A stretch of DNA of 64,000 nt from a virus (lineage: Duplodnaviria; Caudoviricetes). The DNA lies in IMG/VR virus record IMGVR_UViG_3300030202_003256, positions 1,388 through 65,387 of that record. One strand, written 5' to 3'. Each line of letters begins with the position of its first letter. Position 1 is the first letter of the stretch. The translations under genes and the position numbers were made by a program. The notes under the pieces were generated by a model. That model made no database searches and was not told where the DNA came from. It saw nothing but the letters and a program-made list of their open reading frames with translations. Positions 1 to 9,577 of the stretch are shown one piece after another.

Positions 1-1142
1 CTACTACAGGAGCAGGTAAATTAACAGGTCCTGATGGAAATGAACAAGATAGTGAAGAATTCTTAGCTTCATTAAGATTAACACCAGATGAGAATGTTAC
101 TTGTTGTGATACTGACCCATCTACTTCAGCTGATGATTCAACTAAAGGTAGTACTTACGCTAGTGGAGCAAACATGTTATTCCGTGTTGTTACACAAAAA
201 TATGGTTATGGTATTGTAGATAGAAATGATACTTGTGATTCAGCAGGTAACATCTATTTAGAGATTGATTTATCATGTCCAGCTTGTATTACTTGTAATT
301 CAGTTGATGGTTACGTAGGTTCTACGGCACAAACAGCTTATAACATTACAGCTCACTACAGAGAATATAACACACTTGAATTTGAAGATGAAATCGGTGA
401 GGTTTCATTCGACCTTCAAGCAGTTACAGTTTCTGTTACTGAAAGAAAGTTAAGAGCTCAATGGTCACCAGAACTTGCACAAGATGTTTCTGCATTCCAC
501 AATATTGATGCTGAAGCTGAATTGACAGCTTTATTATCTGAGGAAGTTGCAGCTGAAATTGATAGAGAAATCTTGAGAGACCTTAGAAAAGGTGCAGCAT
601 GGAACTTAAGATGGGACTACAACGGTTGGAAGAGATTCTCAGCTGGTCAAGCTCCATATACTCAAAAAGATTGGAATCAAACATTGATTACAACTATAAA
701 CCAAATTTCTGCTCAAATTCACAAGTCTACTTTAAGAGGTGGGGCTAACTGGATTGTATGTTCTTCTGAGGTTTCTGCTATCTTTGATGACTTGGAGTAC
801 TTCCACGTATCAAACGCAGCACCAGAGCAAGACCAATACAATATGGGTATTGAGAAAATTGGAACATTATCAGGAAGATTTACTGTATATAGAGACCCTT
901 ACTTCCCAGCTAACCAAGTGTTAATTGGACATAAAGGAACATCTTTATTGGATACTGGGTACGTTTACGCACCGTATGTACCATTACAGTTAACTCCAAC
1001 AATGTATAACCCATTCAACTTTACACCAATCAAAGGTATCATGACTAGATACGCTAAGAAAATGGTGAACAACAGATTCTACGGAAGAATCACTGTTGAT
1101 GGAGTTAGAACATTTAATGTAAGAGAATTGAAAAGATTCTAA
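1..1142 (+). CDS. gp23: Major capsid protein, T4 gp23-like (5' truncated; frame open from base 3)
   Basis: RKLRAQWSPELAQD..DAEAELTALLSEEVAAEIDREI and YAPYVPL..FTPIKGIMTRYA are gp23-family signatures; no stop in frame upstream of the ATG at 174. Confidence 0.95.
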   Translation, partial: TTGAGKLTGPDGNEQDSEEFLASLRLTPDENVTCCDTDPSTSADDSTKGSTYASGANMLFRVVTQKYGYGIVDRNDTCDSAGNIYLEIDLSCPACITCNSVDGYVGSTAQTAYNITAHYREYNTLEFEDEIGEVSFDLQAVTVSVTERKLRAQWSPELAQDVSAFHNIDAEAELTALLSEEVAAEIDREILRDLRKGAAWNLRWDYNGWKRFSAGQAPYTQKDWNQTLITTINQISAQIHKSTLRGGANWIVCSSEVSAIFDDLEYFHVSNAAPEQDQYNMGIEKIGTLSGRFTVYRDPYFPANQVLIGHKGTSLLDTGYVYAPYVPLQLTPTMYNPFNFTPIKGIMTRYAKKMVNNRFYGRITVDGVRTFNVRELKRF

Positions 1143-1163
1143 TAACTGAATAAGTTATATATT

Positions 1164-1195
1164 AAAAGAAGCCCTCTTTATGAGGGCTTTTTTTT
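1164..1195 (+). terminator. Intrinsic terminator after capsid gene
   Basis: aagccctc-tttat-gagggctt stem-loop followed by a T run. Confidence 0.85.
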
Positions 1196-1204
1196 ATGCA
1201 CTGA

Positions 1205-1212
1205 TATTTATA
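1205..1212 (+). promoter_or_regulatory. Putative late promoter TATTTATA
   Basis: Recurrent motif, 13 nt before ATG 1226. Confidence 0.6.
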
Positions 1213-1225
1213 ATAAAAAACTATT

Positions 1226-1513
1226 ATGGAATTCTTTAAAAACATGTTAAGTAGTGAAGGTAAAGTATCTAGTAAAAGATTTGTTACTTTCGTATGTCTT
1301 CTATTTATGTTAATTGGTTATACAGCAAATCTTTTTTGGGATTTCACAATTGACGATAATTTATTCGAGTCTTTACAATGGATTGTAATGGCAGGACTTG
1401 GTTTTACAGCTGCAGAAAATTTTTCACCGAAAGATGAGATTGTTGTAGAGGAACCAGAACCTAGTAGAACTGTTGTAACTCACGAATATGATTATGATGA
1501 GGAAGATATCTAA
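1226..1513 (+). CDS. Two-TM membrane protein, holin-like
   Basis: GKVSSKR followed by two hydrophobic segments and an acidic tail. Confidence 0.55.
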   Translation: MEFFKNMLSSEGKVSSKRFVTFVCLLFMLIGYTANLFWDFTIDDNLFESLQWIVMAGLGFTAAENFSPKDEIVVEEPEPSRTVVTHEYDYDEEDI

Positions 1514-1518
1514 AAAAC

Positions 1519-1546
1519 AAAAACCACTCGAAAGAGTGGTTTTTTT
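1519..1546. terminator. Bidirectional intrinsic terminator
   Basis: aaaaaccactc-gaaa-gagtggttttt between convergent genes. Confidence 0.9.
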
Positions 1547-1572
1547 ATATCCTTATTTTAACTAACTATTAT

Positions 1573-1638
1573 TTAACAGTCACAACAAGTACAGTCACAT
1601 TTTGTGCCACACTCACATACTTTACAATCACATTTCAT
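1573..1638 (-). CDS. 21-aa Cys-rich metallothionein-like peptide MKCDCKVCECGTKCDCTCCDC (not in ORF track)
   Basis: Hand translation; 9 Cys in CxC/CC spacing; A-rich leader; sits just before the terminator. Confidence 0.75.
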   Translation of the reverse strand: MKCDCKVCECGTKCDCTCCDC

Positions 1639-1664
1639 AGTTTTTAATTTTTAAGTTTTGTTTA

Positions 1665-2162
1665 TTATCCTTTAGCTGCGTGAAAAGCATCTAGTATTTC
1701 CTCACAATGTTTTTTACTATCACATTTTCTCCACACTCCACCTTTTTTATTGTTAAGAACAACCCATCCAGAACCTCTTTTTTTAATACAACCTGAACCA
1801 CCTTCAGATTCTGCACATCCTTTACCTTCTTGTTCTAATAAATTTTTCTTAATTCTAGAGATTAATCGTGATTCTTTTACACTTTCCATAGCATCTTCTT
1901 GATTTAAACCATCTTGAGTTTCATCATCTACATTAAGATTTAATGTTTCTTCACTAACTTCATTTTCATTATCATCCACATCATCCTCTTCGATATCTTC
2001 TTTTTCTAAAAGGTCTTTATATTTTGCTGTTGGTGTTCCCATTAAACCAAAGTTTTGTCCATTACCATTACCTATGGCTGAAGAAGCAAAACCTATATTT
2101 TCTTTAACTAGTTTTTCTATTAATTCTACTAGTTCATTTTCTTTAATTTTTATTTTTTTCAT
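1665..2162 (-). CDS. Acidic hypothetical protein with small Cys-containing C-terminal domain; possible internal head protein
   Basis: N-terminal KIKIKENELVELIEKLVKE tag, acidic linker. Confidence 0.6.
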   Translation of the reverse strand: MKKIKIKENELVELIEKLVKENIGFASSAIGNGNGQNFGLMGTPTAKYKDLLEKEDIEEDDVDDNENEVSEETLNLNVDDETQDGLNQEDAMESVKESRLISRIKKNLLEQEGKGCAESEGGSGCIKKRGSGWVVLNNKKGGVWRKCDSKKHCEEILDAFHAAKG

Positions 2163-3664
2163 AATTGATTAATTATTTGGAATTTTATTGCTTTTCTATA
2201 AGTATCTACTTGTTGATTAGAAGTCGCTTTAATGTCTAGGTAATATTCGTTAGGAATCATCCACCCAGTGTCTATAAGTAAATAATTATGTTCGTTACCC
2301 ATGTTTACTTGTGACCATGGAATTACCTCTACTTGTGTTGTTCCTTGTGTAACATAAACCCTGTATTGTAAATTATCCACTAATACTTGTTGGTCTGTTG
2401 TGTAAGGTACTCTTGTAGAAATAAAGACTTTCCTTGTTTCACCACTACTTATTTTTTCATCTTCTTTAATACCAGAAACAGAATACCCATATACTTTAGG
2501 TTGAGCCGCGGTTGGTCCTATAGAAAAAGCGTTATCATAGATTATAAACTCATTTTCAACATTAGGTTGTGTTACACCACCAATATCAATACCTGACCAC
2601 ACATCTTCATATAGAACTGGTGTTGATTGGCCTGGTGGCAGTGATGATAGTGTTAGTTCCACATAATAAACACCACAAGTTAGTTTCTTAACTGTTAAAT
2701 TAGCAACTAGATTACCATTACAGTCAAGTATTTGACATTTAGGAAGTTTATCTAAACATATTGGTTGACCATTGTGGTCTGAAACGTAAAGAAAAAGCCT
2801 ATTTAACTTAAAAAGACTAAAATTATTTCTATTATCGACAATATGGTCATCCCAAGAGGTCTCTAAGAAAGGTTCAAAAAAAGTTTGGGTGTACCTAGTA
2901 AAAAATCCAACAGAATAAGATTCTGTTATACCAGTTATATTTTCATAAGCACCACTAAAAGCAATACCGTAAGTAGTACCAGAAGTTAGATTGGTACTTG
3001 CGGTTAATAAAAAATTAATTTCATCATCTAAAGCTTGAGAAGAAAAATTAATATTTTCATTACCATTATCAAAATGTTGTATGTCCAAAATATCATAACT
3101 AGTATTTAAAGTATTAAGGTAAGTACCTGGGTAAGTCCATTGAGATAGTGTAGTACAAGAAAACCAATGACTTGGTCTTGTAGAGTAAGTAATATCAAAC
3201 TCTGGTTCAAATATACCGTCAGGTACTAAATAATCATAACCAACACCTTCATCCCAACTATGACCACTTACAGCTTTAAATAAAATTAAATCAAATGATG
3301 TTGCCCTTCTAGTGTCATTAACTAAAACTTTGTCATTTAATAATTTATCGTCAAAATTAGAAGTATTGGTCATTTTTAACGTGTGGGTAGTCCCAGTAGC
3401 ACTAAGTGTAATACAACAATCATTAACCTTCTCTCTTAAATCTTCCAGGTCTAAATCAAAAATAAACCTACTAAACCCTTCAGTAACAGAACTGGTAAAA
3501 CCTGATTGGTTATTACAACTGTCCCCAGAAAGTCCAGTAAATATACATGTGGGGTATGGACTTTTACCATAAAATAATTGCGTAACAGGGTTTTTAGCTG
3601 TATTTACGTAACTATTAGCAATTATTGTATTATTTTTACTAAAATAGGACCTATGTATTGACAT
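2159..3664 (-). CDS. Putative virion structural protein (beta-rich)
   Basis: 501-aa ORF, late-type motif upstream, S/T/G-rich segments. Confidence 0.6.
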   Translation of the reverse strand: MSIHRSYFSKNNTIIANSYVNTAKNPVTQLFYGKSPYPTCIFTGLSGDSCNNQSGFTSSVTEGFSRFIFDLDLEDLREKVNDCCITLSATGTTHTLKMTNTSNFDDKLLNDKVLVNDTRRATSFDLILFKAVSGHSWDEGVGYDYLVPDGIFEPEFDITYSTRPSHWFSCTTLSQWTYPGTYLNTLNTSYDILDIQHFDNGNENINFSSQALDDEINFLLTASTNLTSGTTYGIAFSGAYENITGITESYSVGFFTRYTQTFFEPFLETSWDDHIVDNRNNFSLFKLNRLFLYVSDHNGQPICLDKLPKCQILDCNGNLVANLTVKKLTCGVYYVELTLSSLPPGQSTPVLYEDVWSGIDIGGVTQPNVENEFIIYDNAFSIGPTAAQPKVYGYSVSGIKEDEKISSGETRKVFISTRVPYTTDQQVLVDNLQYRVYVTQGTTQVEVIPWSQVNMGNEHNYLLIDTGWMIPNEYYLDIKATSNQQVDTYRKAIKFQIINQL

Positions 3665-3679
3665 TGAGTATCTTTATAT

Positions 3680-3687
3680 AATAAATA
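3680..3687 (-). promoter_or_regulatory. Putative late promoter TATTTATT
   Basis: 15 nt before ATG 3664. Confidence 0.55.
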
Positions 3688-3688
3688 T

Positions 3689-5401
3689 CTAGTTAATCCT
3701 AATATTTTGGTTTAATATAGTATTAGGTGCATCCTGTAATAATTTTGTTAAATCTTCTACTCTGGTACCATCGTGACCTTGTGGTACTGGAGCTAGTCCA
3801 GGAAATGCGTGGGTATGACTAGAAACAAAATTAACCATTTTAGTTAACAACTCCATTAATTTTTCTCCTCTAACTAGTGAATTTGTTTTGTTTTCCACAT
3901 CTACTATAAATTTTTCTTGGTCTATCCCATAATTAGTGTCTAATTGTATTCTACCATTAATTTCAGCTGCATTATATGAAAATAAATATATTTTTTCAGA
4001 ACCAGCAGCAATAATACCTTGTTGTAAATCCTGACTATTAATTTTAGTTTGGGTTTCTTTAACTTTTTCTTCTTTTACATTTCTTTCACCCACATCATTA
4101 GTAAAAGCAAGACCAAATCCATTAGTTAGGACACCATCTAGAGTTATTAATTCTTTTAATTCATTAGCTTGTGTTTGCATGGAAGGCCAGACTAGTGGTG
4201 CACCCACAGGAATTTCCTTATCTATATACCTTAGTGTAACACTGTCAGGTTTGAAGTATAGAGGATGAGTTTTACCCATAAATGAACCAACATTATTTTG
4301 ATTATTCAGGTCTACTTGTGGGTGATATGTTTTTGTTGCCCATGAAGGTGGTGGTTTTATAAATTTACTCCACTCACCACCATCGTATTGTGAAATATAA
4401 TCAGTCAATAACCCACCTAACTCTTCTGTAGTAGGAGCATTTGTAAATGAAATTCTACAAGCTTCAATAACAGATGATGGGAATTGTGTTTCTTTTGTTA
4501 CATCACCAGACATATAAATTTTAGAGTTACTATCAAAAGGTATCTTTAAAATCCTCATAAACCCAGTTAAAATACCTAATTGTAGAGAAGCGTCATCTAA
4601 ATGGTACTCTATAGCGGTAGCTAAAGGAACATCTTGAACAACAGTCTTTTCAACCTCAACTTCTTCAGGTGTCAAAGTTGTTGGGAAGGTGTTTAATTGT
4701 ATAAAGGTTTGTTTTGGGTTAAATCTGGGTCTTGAACTAAACTTATCATTTTTAATTAATTGTCCGGACCTAATTAATATCTGTGGGTACCAGTCTTTTA
4801 GTTTCTCTTCAGTTTCATCCACTATAGATTTTTCTCTCATACCTAAAACAATGTCACAATTTTCTCTACCTACTAATGCAACGTCATCGGGATTTGGAAA
4901 ACACCCTTTACCTTCTGGTAGAGGTATGCCATTAGGTGCAAAATCTGGTAATTTTTTGTTTTGAACACCATAACTAGTATTTTGTTGACCACTAGAATAA
5001 TTATCGGTACGTATTTCACCTGGTTGTGAAATCATAGGTCCAATATATTCATCGTTAAAATTACCTTCCCTCTCACCAAAACCAACAATTTTAACAGCTT
5101 CACCAGGTAGAGGTTGTATATTTAAGTGTAGGGGTAAAAATGGTGCAAAAGTATAAGGGTCATCAATTCCCCAGGGAACATAAGTTTTTTCTTTTAAAGC
5201 CTTATTATCTTCACCTATGATAAATTTTAGTGGGTCAGCTATTTTACTTTGGGTTAGTCCTTCACCTTTAGTGCCAACAGCTCTAATACGGCCAGCTCTT
5301 TGAGGGTCTTTGTTATCCACACATACAGCAAACTTAATTATTTGATTTATTTGTATGCCGATACCGGCATTTCTTTGATGGTCAAAAGGTTGTGTTCCCA
5401 T
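3689..5401 (-). CDS. Baseplate central spike-like protein (gp5/gpV OB-fold N-terminus)
   Basis: AVCVDNKDPQRAGRIRA N-terminal motif; C-terminal SHTH resembles the HxH iron-binding apex of spikes. Confidence 0.7.
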   Translation of the reverse strand: MGTQPFDHQRNAGIGIQINQIIKFAVCVDNKDPQRAGRIRAVGTKGEGLTQSKIADPLKFIIGEDNKALKEKTYVPWGIDDPYTFAPFLPLHLNIQPLPGEAVKIVGFGEREGNFNDEYIGPMISQPGEIRTDNYSSGQQNTSYGVQNKKLPDFAPNGIPLPEGKGCFPNPDDVALVGRENCDIVLGMREKSIVDETEEKLKDWYPQILIRSGQLIKNDKFSSRPRFNPKQTFIQLNTFPTTLTPEEVEVEKTVVQDVPLATAIEYHLDDASLQLGILTGFMRILKIPFDSNSKIYMSGDVTKETQFPSSVIEACRISFTNAPTTEELGGLLTDYISQYDGGEWSKFIKPPPSWATKTYHPQVDLNNQNNVGSFMGKTHPLYFKPDSVTLRYIDKEIPVGAPLVWPSMQTQANELKELITLDGVLTNGFGLAFTNDVGERNVKEEKVKETQTKINSQDLQQGIIAAGSEKIYLFSYNAAEINGRIQLDTNYGIDQEKFIVDVENKTNSLVRGEKLMELLTKMVNFVSSHTHAFPGLAPVPQGHDGTRVEDLTKLLQDAPNTILNQNIRIN

Positions 5402-5589
5402 TAGCTACTTTTTTTACGATTATCTAATTCCTTATTTAACGTATTAAATTTTTTTTCAATATCTTCTATATGTAACGATAGATTAATCAATATAGATTTT
5501 GTCTTATCAAATTCTTCCTTTAATACTTTCATCACATCTAATAATTCCTTATTAGGTTTATTTTTATATTCTTTAAAAAATTCTTCCAT
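5401..5589 (-). CDS. Small coiled-coil hypothetical protein
   Basis: 62-aa ORF coupled to neighbours. Confidence 0.6.
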   Translation of the reverse strand: MEEFFKEYKNKPNKELLDVMKVLKEEFDKTKSILINLSLHIEDIEKKFNTLNKELDNRKKSS

Positions 5590-5592
5590 ACT

Positions 5593-7668
5593 TTAAAAAC
5601 AACCACCGTCACCAGTAGTCCCTGGTTTTATTAATCCGGGTCCAACAGGTGTTAGAACCTGACCCATCATTATTGATATTTTAACTTTTTCATTATCTAT
5701 CCTTTCTTCATCTCTAGCTTCACCATTTAGAAAAAATGCTTTAGCCATCTGATTTGGACTACCGTCGGGTAGGTCTCCTATTGGAAGACCGGCAGACTCC
5801 ATTTTACCTATAAACTTTTCAAAAGCCCCTAAATTACTATAACCAGGTTTTAGTCTGGATGCGGCAAGTAGAAAAGGAGGTACACCAAAAGGAATATCAG
5901 GTAAATTAGCTGATAGTACACCCAATAGTATGTCAAATATTTCTTTACAACTTTTAGCTTCCTGTAAAGCTATAATTAAAGGGAGTAGTAAATCCAATAA
6001 TCGTCTAATTAATCGAATTTTCTTTTTATTCATAGCATCCAACTTCCTTTTTATTAAATCCCTAATTAAACGTAGTAATATATTTTTTACTAAAATTAGT
6101 ATGTGTCTAGCTACCCTAGCTAAAAATTCTTTCACAACTCTTATAATTACTCTTTTAAATAATTTACCAAAAAGCTCAATATTTGTAGAAAGAGCACCGT
6201 TTTGGTTTAGTAGTTTACTAGTTATTACAACAGGTAGTATGGCTTTAGAACTTAAAATACAGTAAGTTAGTATTTGTGGCATTTTCTTAATTAAATTCTC
6301 TTTAAAATCAATCTCTACTGGAAGACTGATTGACCCTAGACTAATGTCGTAACCAGCTTTTGAAGCCGAAGAGGACGCGGCCCTTTGTAAAACCAGGTCA
6401 AAAGCTTTCAATTGTTCATCTATTACTGGAGAAGCTAATATTTCATCACAACCATCATCTATAACACCATTATCTACCGGTATATCTACTTGCCCACAAC
6501 TAACCAAAGACAAAACATTCTTAGACTTTCTTTCCACCTCTAAAATTATATTTCTTTCCTCCTCAACATTGAACTCAAAAAAACTATCATCATCGTATAA
6601 TTCTGAAAGATAATTAACCGATTCAGTATTCGGACCAACTAAATCTGCTCCATCACATGACTCTAACATATTTTCCACCGCAGACATAAATTTTTGTAAC
6701 CCTAATGAATCTTCTATAGAAAAAGATTGGTTTCTTACACTCATAAAACCACTTAGAATCTCCATTAATGCACCTAACATATTTTGAAGTTCTATAATTC
6801 TAACATTGTCAAAGTAATCTTTTAAAAACTCGACAAAAGTAAATTTAGTAGCGAGAGGATTAGCAGCTAATGGTGCATTTTGGAAATTTACTGTATTTGC
6901 TGGGTCATCTTTATAATAAGGTAATATTGTAAATATCCCCGCAGAAGCTGTAATATCAAACAAAGCTCTTCCACTCGCACCATAAACAGTTTGTGTAACA
7001 CCAGGTGTAGTATATATTAAGTCCCTCAGAAATCGATTCATAGAAAATGGGGTGTTACCAGGTGGGTATCCAACATTCCAGTTAGTCTGTTCATACATGT
7101 ATTTACCGACCGCACTAGCAGGGTCATTAAATAACTGTTTTAATAAATCTACTTCAGCAACTTCAATTTGTAGTGGTGCACTTAATCCGTCTCCAACCAC
7201 AGGTACTAACATAGACATGTCACAATTGAATGCTTTTAGCAATTCTTCAAAAAGAATGTCGTCTACTCTAGGTAATACTTCTAACATAGAGGTTCTAATT
7301 ATTTGGTCTAATTGTCGTAACCATGGGTCATTGGTGGTAGATAAACCAAATCTAGTACTAAAAGCTTTTTTAGTTTTTTTAACTATACCATCACCTTTAA
7401 CCCCACCTCTAGTTTTTTGTTTTTCAGCAGCCATGGTATAACCCTTAGCTTTAAATTTTGTTCTATTTTGTTTGTGGGATTTAAGACTTTTTAATAAATC
7501 TAGTAAAAAAGGTAGAGGGTTATTTGTAATATCTCTTAAAGCCGCAAAAGTTTGTTTCCACTGTTCAAGATTTTCTCGACTACGTTGTTCGTCAGTAGCG
7601 TCCAAAAAGGCCATAAGACCTTGAACTTTACTAAATATGTCTTTTTGTTGTTGTATTGGGTCCGCCAT
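5593..7668 (-). CDS. Large hypothetical protein, probably virion-associated
   Basis: 691-aa ORF in the operon with the spike gene. Confidence 0.6.
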   Translation of the reverse strand: MADPIQQQKDIFSKVQGLMAFLDATDEQRSRENLEQWKQTFAALRDITNNPLPFLLDLLKSLKSHKQNRTKFKAKGYTMAAEKQKTRGGVKGDGIVKKTKKAFSTRFGLSTTNDPWLRQLDQIIRTSMLEVLPRVDDILFEELLKAFNCDMSMLVPVVGDGLSAPLQIEVAEVDLLKQLFNDPASAVGKYMYEQTNWNVGYPPGNTPFSMNRFLRDLIYTTPGVTQTVYGASGRALFDITASAGIFTILPYYKDDPANTVNFQNAPLAANPLATKFTFVEFLKDYFDNVRIIELQNMLGALMEILSGFMSVRNQSFSIEDSLGLQKFMSAVENMLESCDGADLVGPNTESVNYLSELYDDDSFFEFNVEEERNIILEVERKSKNVLSLVSCGQVDIPVDNGVIDDGCDEILASPVIDEQLKAFDLVLQRAASSSASKAGYDISLGSISLPVEIDFKENLIKKMPQILTYCILSSKAILPVVITSKLLNQNGALSTNIELFGKLFKRVIIRVVKEFLARVARHILILVKNILLRLIRDLIKRKLDAMNKKKIRLIRRLLDLLLPLIIALQEAKSCKEIFDILLGVLSANLPDIPFGVPPFLLAASRLKPGYSNLGAFEKFIGKMESAGLPIGDLPDGSPNQMAKAFFLNGEARDEERIDNEKVKISIMMGQVLTPVGPGLIKPGTTGDGGCF

Positions 7669-7670
7669 AA

Positions 7671-8048
7671 TTAAATTTTATAATTTAAATTATCACCCTC
7701 GTCTTGAGTCTCTTGTGTTTTTGTTACTAGTTCATTAATAGCCTCTCTAATATCACCATCAATAGATAAACCAGAACTAGAAACTTCCATATTTTTAGAC
7801 GCTATAGTTGCTAATAATTTAGAAAGTTGTAACTTTTTATCTATGGCAGAGTCAATAATTTTTTGTTGTTCTTTTAAAACAGGACCAATTAAAGACATGT
7901 CCGCCGCTTCTTTCATAAACCCAATCATTTTATTTTGTATTCTAATGGCTGTAGTTCTTTGTTCTACACACTCATTATAAATTTCCTGCATAAGTGCTAC
8001 TGCACTATCATGGGTTAATTTTATTTCTTTTCTTTTTGGTCTAGGCAT
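7671..8048 (-). CDS. Hypothetical helical protein
   Basis: 125-aa ORF with late motif immediately upstream. Confidence 0.65.
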   Translation of the reverse strand: MPRPKRKEIKLTHDSAVALMQEIYNECVEQRTTAIRIQNKMIGFMKEAADMSLIGPVLKEQQKIIDSAIDKKLQLSKLLATIASKNMEVSSSGLSIDGDIREAINELVTKTQETQDEGDNLNYKI

Positions 8049-8051
8049 ACC

Positions 8052-8059
8052 TATAAATA
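8052..8059 (-). promoter_or_regulatory. Putative late promoter TATTTATA
   Basis: 3 nt before ATG 8048. Confidence 0.5.
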
Positions 8060-8064
8060 TCTAT

Positions 8065-8769
8065 TTACTGGTTTAGTATAGCCACTAGTATGTCTTTGTA
8101 TATATTTTTGTATGGTTTTAAAGCGGACCTAATTTCTTTAGTGGTCAAACCACTCATTTCACGCAATTGGTATAGTATTATATTTTTATTAAATTTATTA
8201 CCTTTACCAGCGATAAAAATGGTTTGGTAGTTTTCAAAAACATCTATTAAGCAATATCCTATTTTTTCTTCGTTAATACTTAAACGATTATTAGCTACAA
8301 AATCTTTAATTTCTAAAATTAATTTTTTAATAATATTTTCTATGGGTAGTTGGTCATCGTTAAACATTGTATAGGAATACTTTTCATTTTGTTCCATACT
8401 ACCAGATATATCCTCATATGAAATTTTTCTATTCCTATCTCTATTATCTTTCATTATCTGACCCATTAAATAATTTTTACATATGGTACCGAAATAAGAA
8501 TAAGCTTTTTTTCCTTTAGCTGGTTTAAATTTTTCCATTTTTGTAACTAAAAATGACAAAGTATCTGTATGAATATCCGTAAACTCCATACCTGGCCTAT
8601 ATAACCTATAACGTCTTATGATACTTTCTATCATTTTTATTAGTGGGTCACGAAGAGAATCGTTATAAACTTTATTTTTTTCATCCCAGGTAGTTGCCGT
8701 AAGAAAAACTCTCACAGCAAATTCCTGTTCCGGTCCAAAATACTGTTTAGTAAGTGGTTTTCTTCCCAT
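8065..8769 (-). CDS. gp55: Late-transcription sigma factor, T4 gp55-like
   Basis: YF near N-terminus; KFKPAKGKKAYSYFGTICKNYL resembles sigma region 2 of gp55-like proteins. Confidence 0.65.
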   Translation of the reverse strand: MGRKPLTKQYFGPEQEFAVRVFLTATTWDEKNKVYNDSLRDPLIKMIESIIRRYRLYRPGMEFTDIHTDTLSFLVTKMEKFKPAKGKKAYSYFGTICKNYLMGQIMKDNRDRNRKISYEDISGSMEQNEKYSYTMFNDDQLPIENIIKKLILEIKDFVANNRLSINEEKIGYCLIDVFENYQTIFIAGKGNKFNKNIILYQLREMSGLTTKEIRSALKPYKNIYKDILVAILNQ

Positions 8770-9566
8770 TATCCCTCAAATTCAACCTGTCTGTCTTTAG
8801 TGAAAAAATATTCTTTTTTTGCGGTATCCACCCAAAACTTAGCTTCGTCTGGTCCAATTTTTAAACTATCGTCAAATTTATATTTCCAGAATAGAGATTT
8901 ATCCCTTTGATTTACGTGTTTATAACCCACTTTTGGTATAGTCATAATTACAGTGTCATTGTAGGTCGCACGTAATAAAAACTCGTAATTGAATGTAAGT
9001 TTCATAGAAGATTTAAAACCACCGATACTTTCGAATTTATCTTTTTTCATTACCATACCACTAACTTGGAAATTTTGGTATTTTAGTAGTGTATTGTTAT
9101 CTAGATAACCCATATCTTCTGAGAATCCCATGGCCCATAAAGCTTCATTTGTAAAACCTAGGAATTGACCTACCTGGTCAGTATCAACAACTAAAGGTAG
9201 AAATACGTCAACATCTTTGTAATGCGGAGCGTATAAATCAAATTGTTTAAACCATATGTTGGAATACTCATCATCATATTCTAATATAGAAAATAATTCT
9301 GTCTCACATTTAGATACCCCCAAATTTATTTGCCCACAATAAGTTGTATCTTTATCGTTATAAATAATTTTTGTTTCTACACCTGTAGTGTTTTCAAGGT
9401 TATCCATATATTCTTTTATTTCTTTATCCTCAGCACAAACTATTAATAGTTTACCTGGTTTTACTTGTGACTGTTCCAAACTCTTAAGTGATTTAGGGAA
9501 CCAGTTGTTAAAATCATCCGATACATCATGTACGGGAAGTATAATTGTGATGTCTTTGCTATTCAT
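8769..9566 (-). CDS. Glycosyltransferase, GT2-like (GT-A)
   Basis: ITIILPVH start, INLG, EYDD acidic motif. Confidence 0.75.
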   Translation of the reverse strand: MNSKDITIILPVHDVSDDFNNWFPKSLKSLEQSQVKPGKLLIVCAEDKEIKEYMDNLENTTGVETKIIYNDKDTTYCGQINLGVSKCETELFSILEYDDEYSNIWFKQFDLYAPHYKDVDVFLPLVVDTDQVGQFLGFTNEALWAMGFSEDMGYLDNNTLLKYQNFQVSGMVMKKDKFESIGGFKSSMKLTFNYEFLLRATYNDTVIMTIPKVGYKHVNQRDKSLFWKYKFDDSLKIGPDEAKFWVDTAKKEYFFTKDRQVEFEG

Positions 9567-9577
9567 TTTTGTATTTT

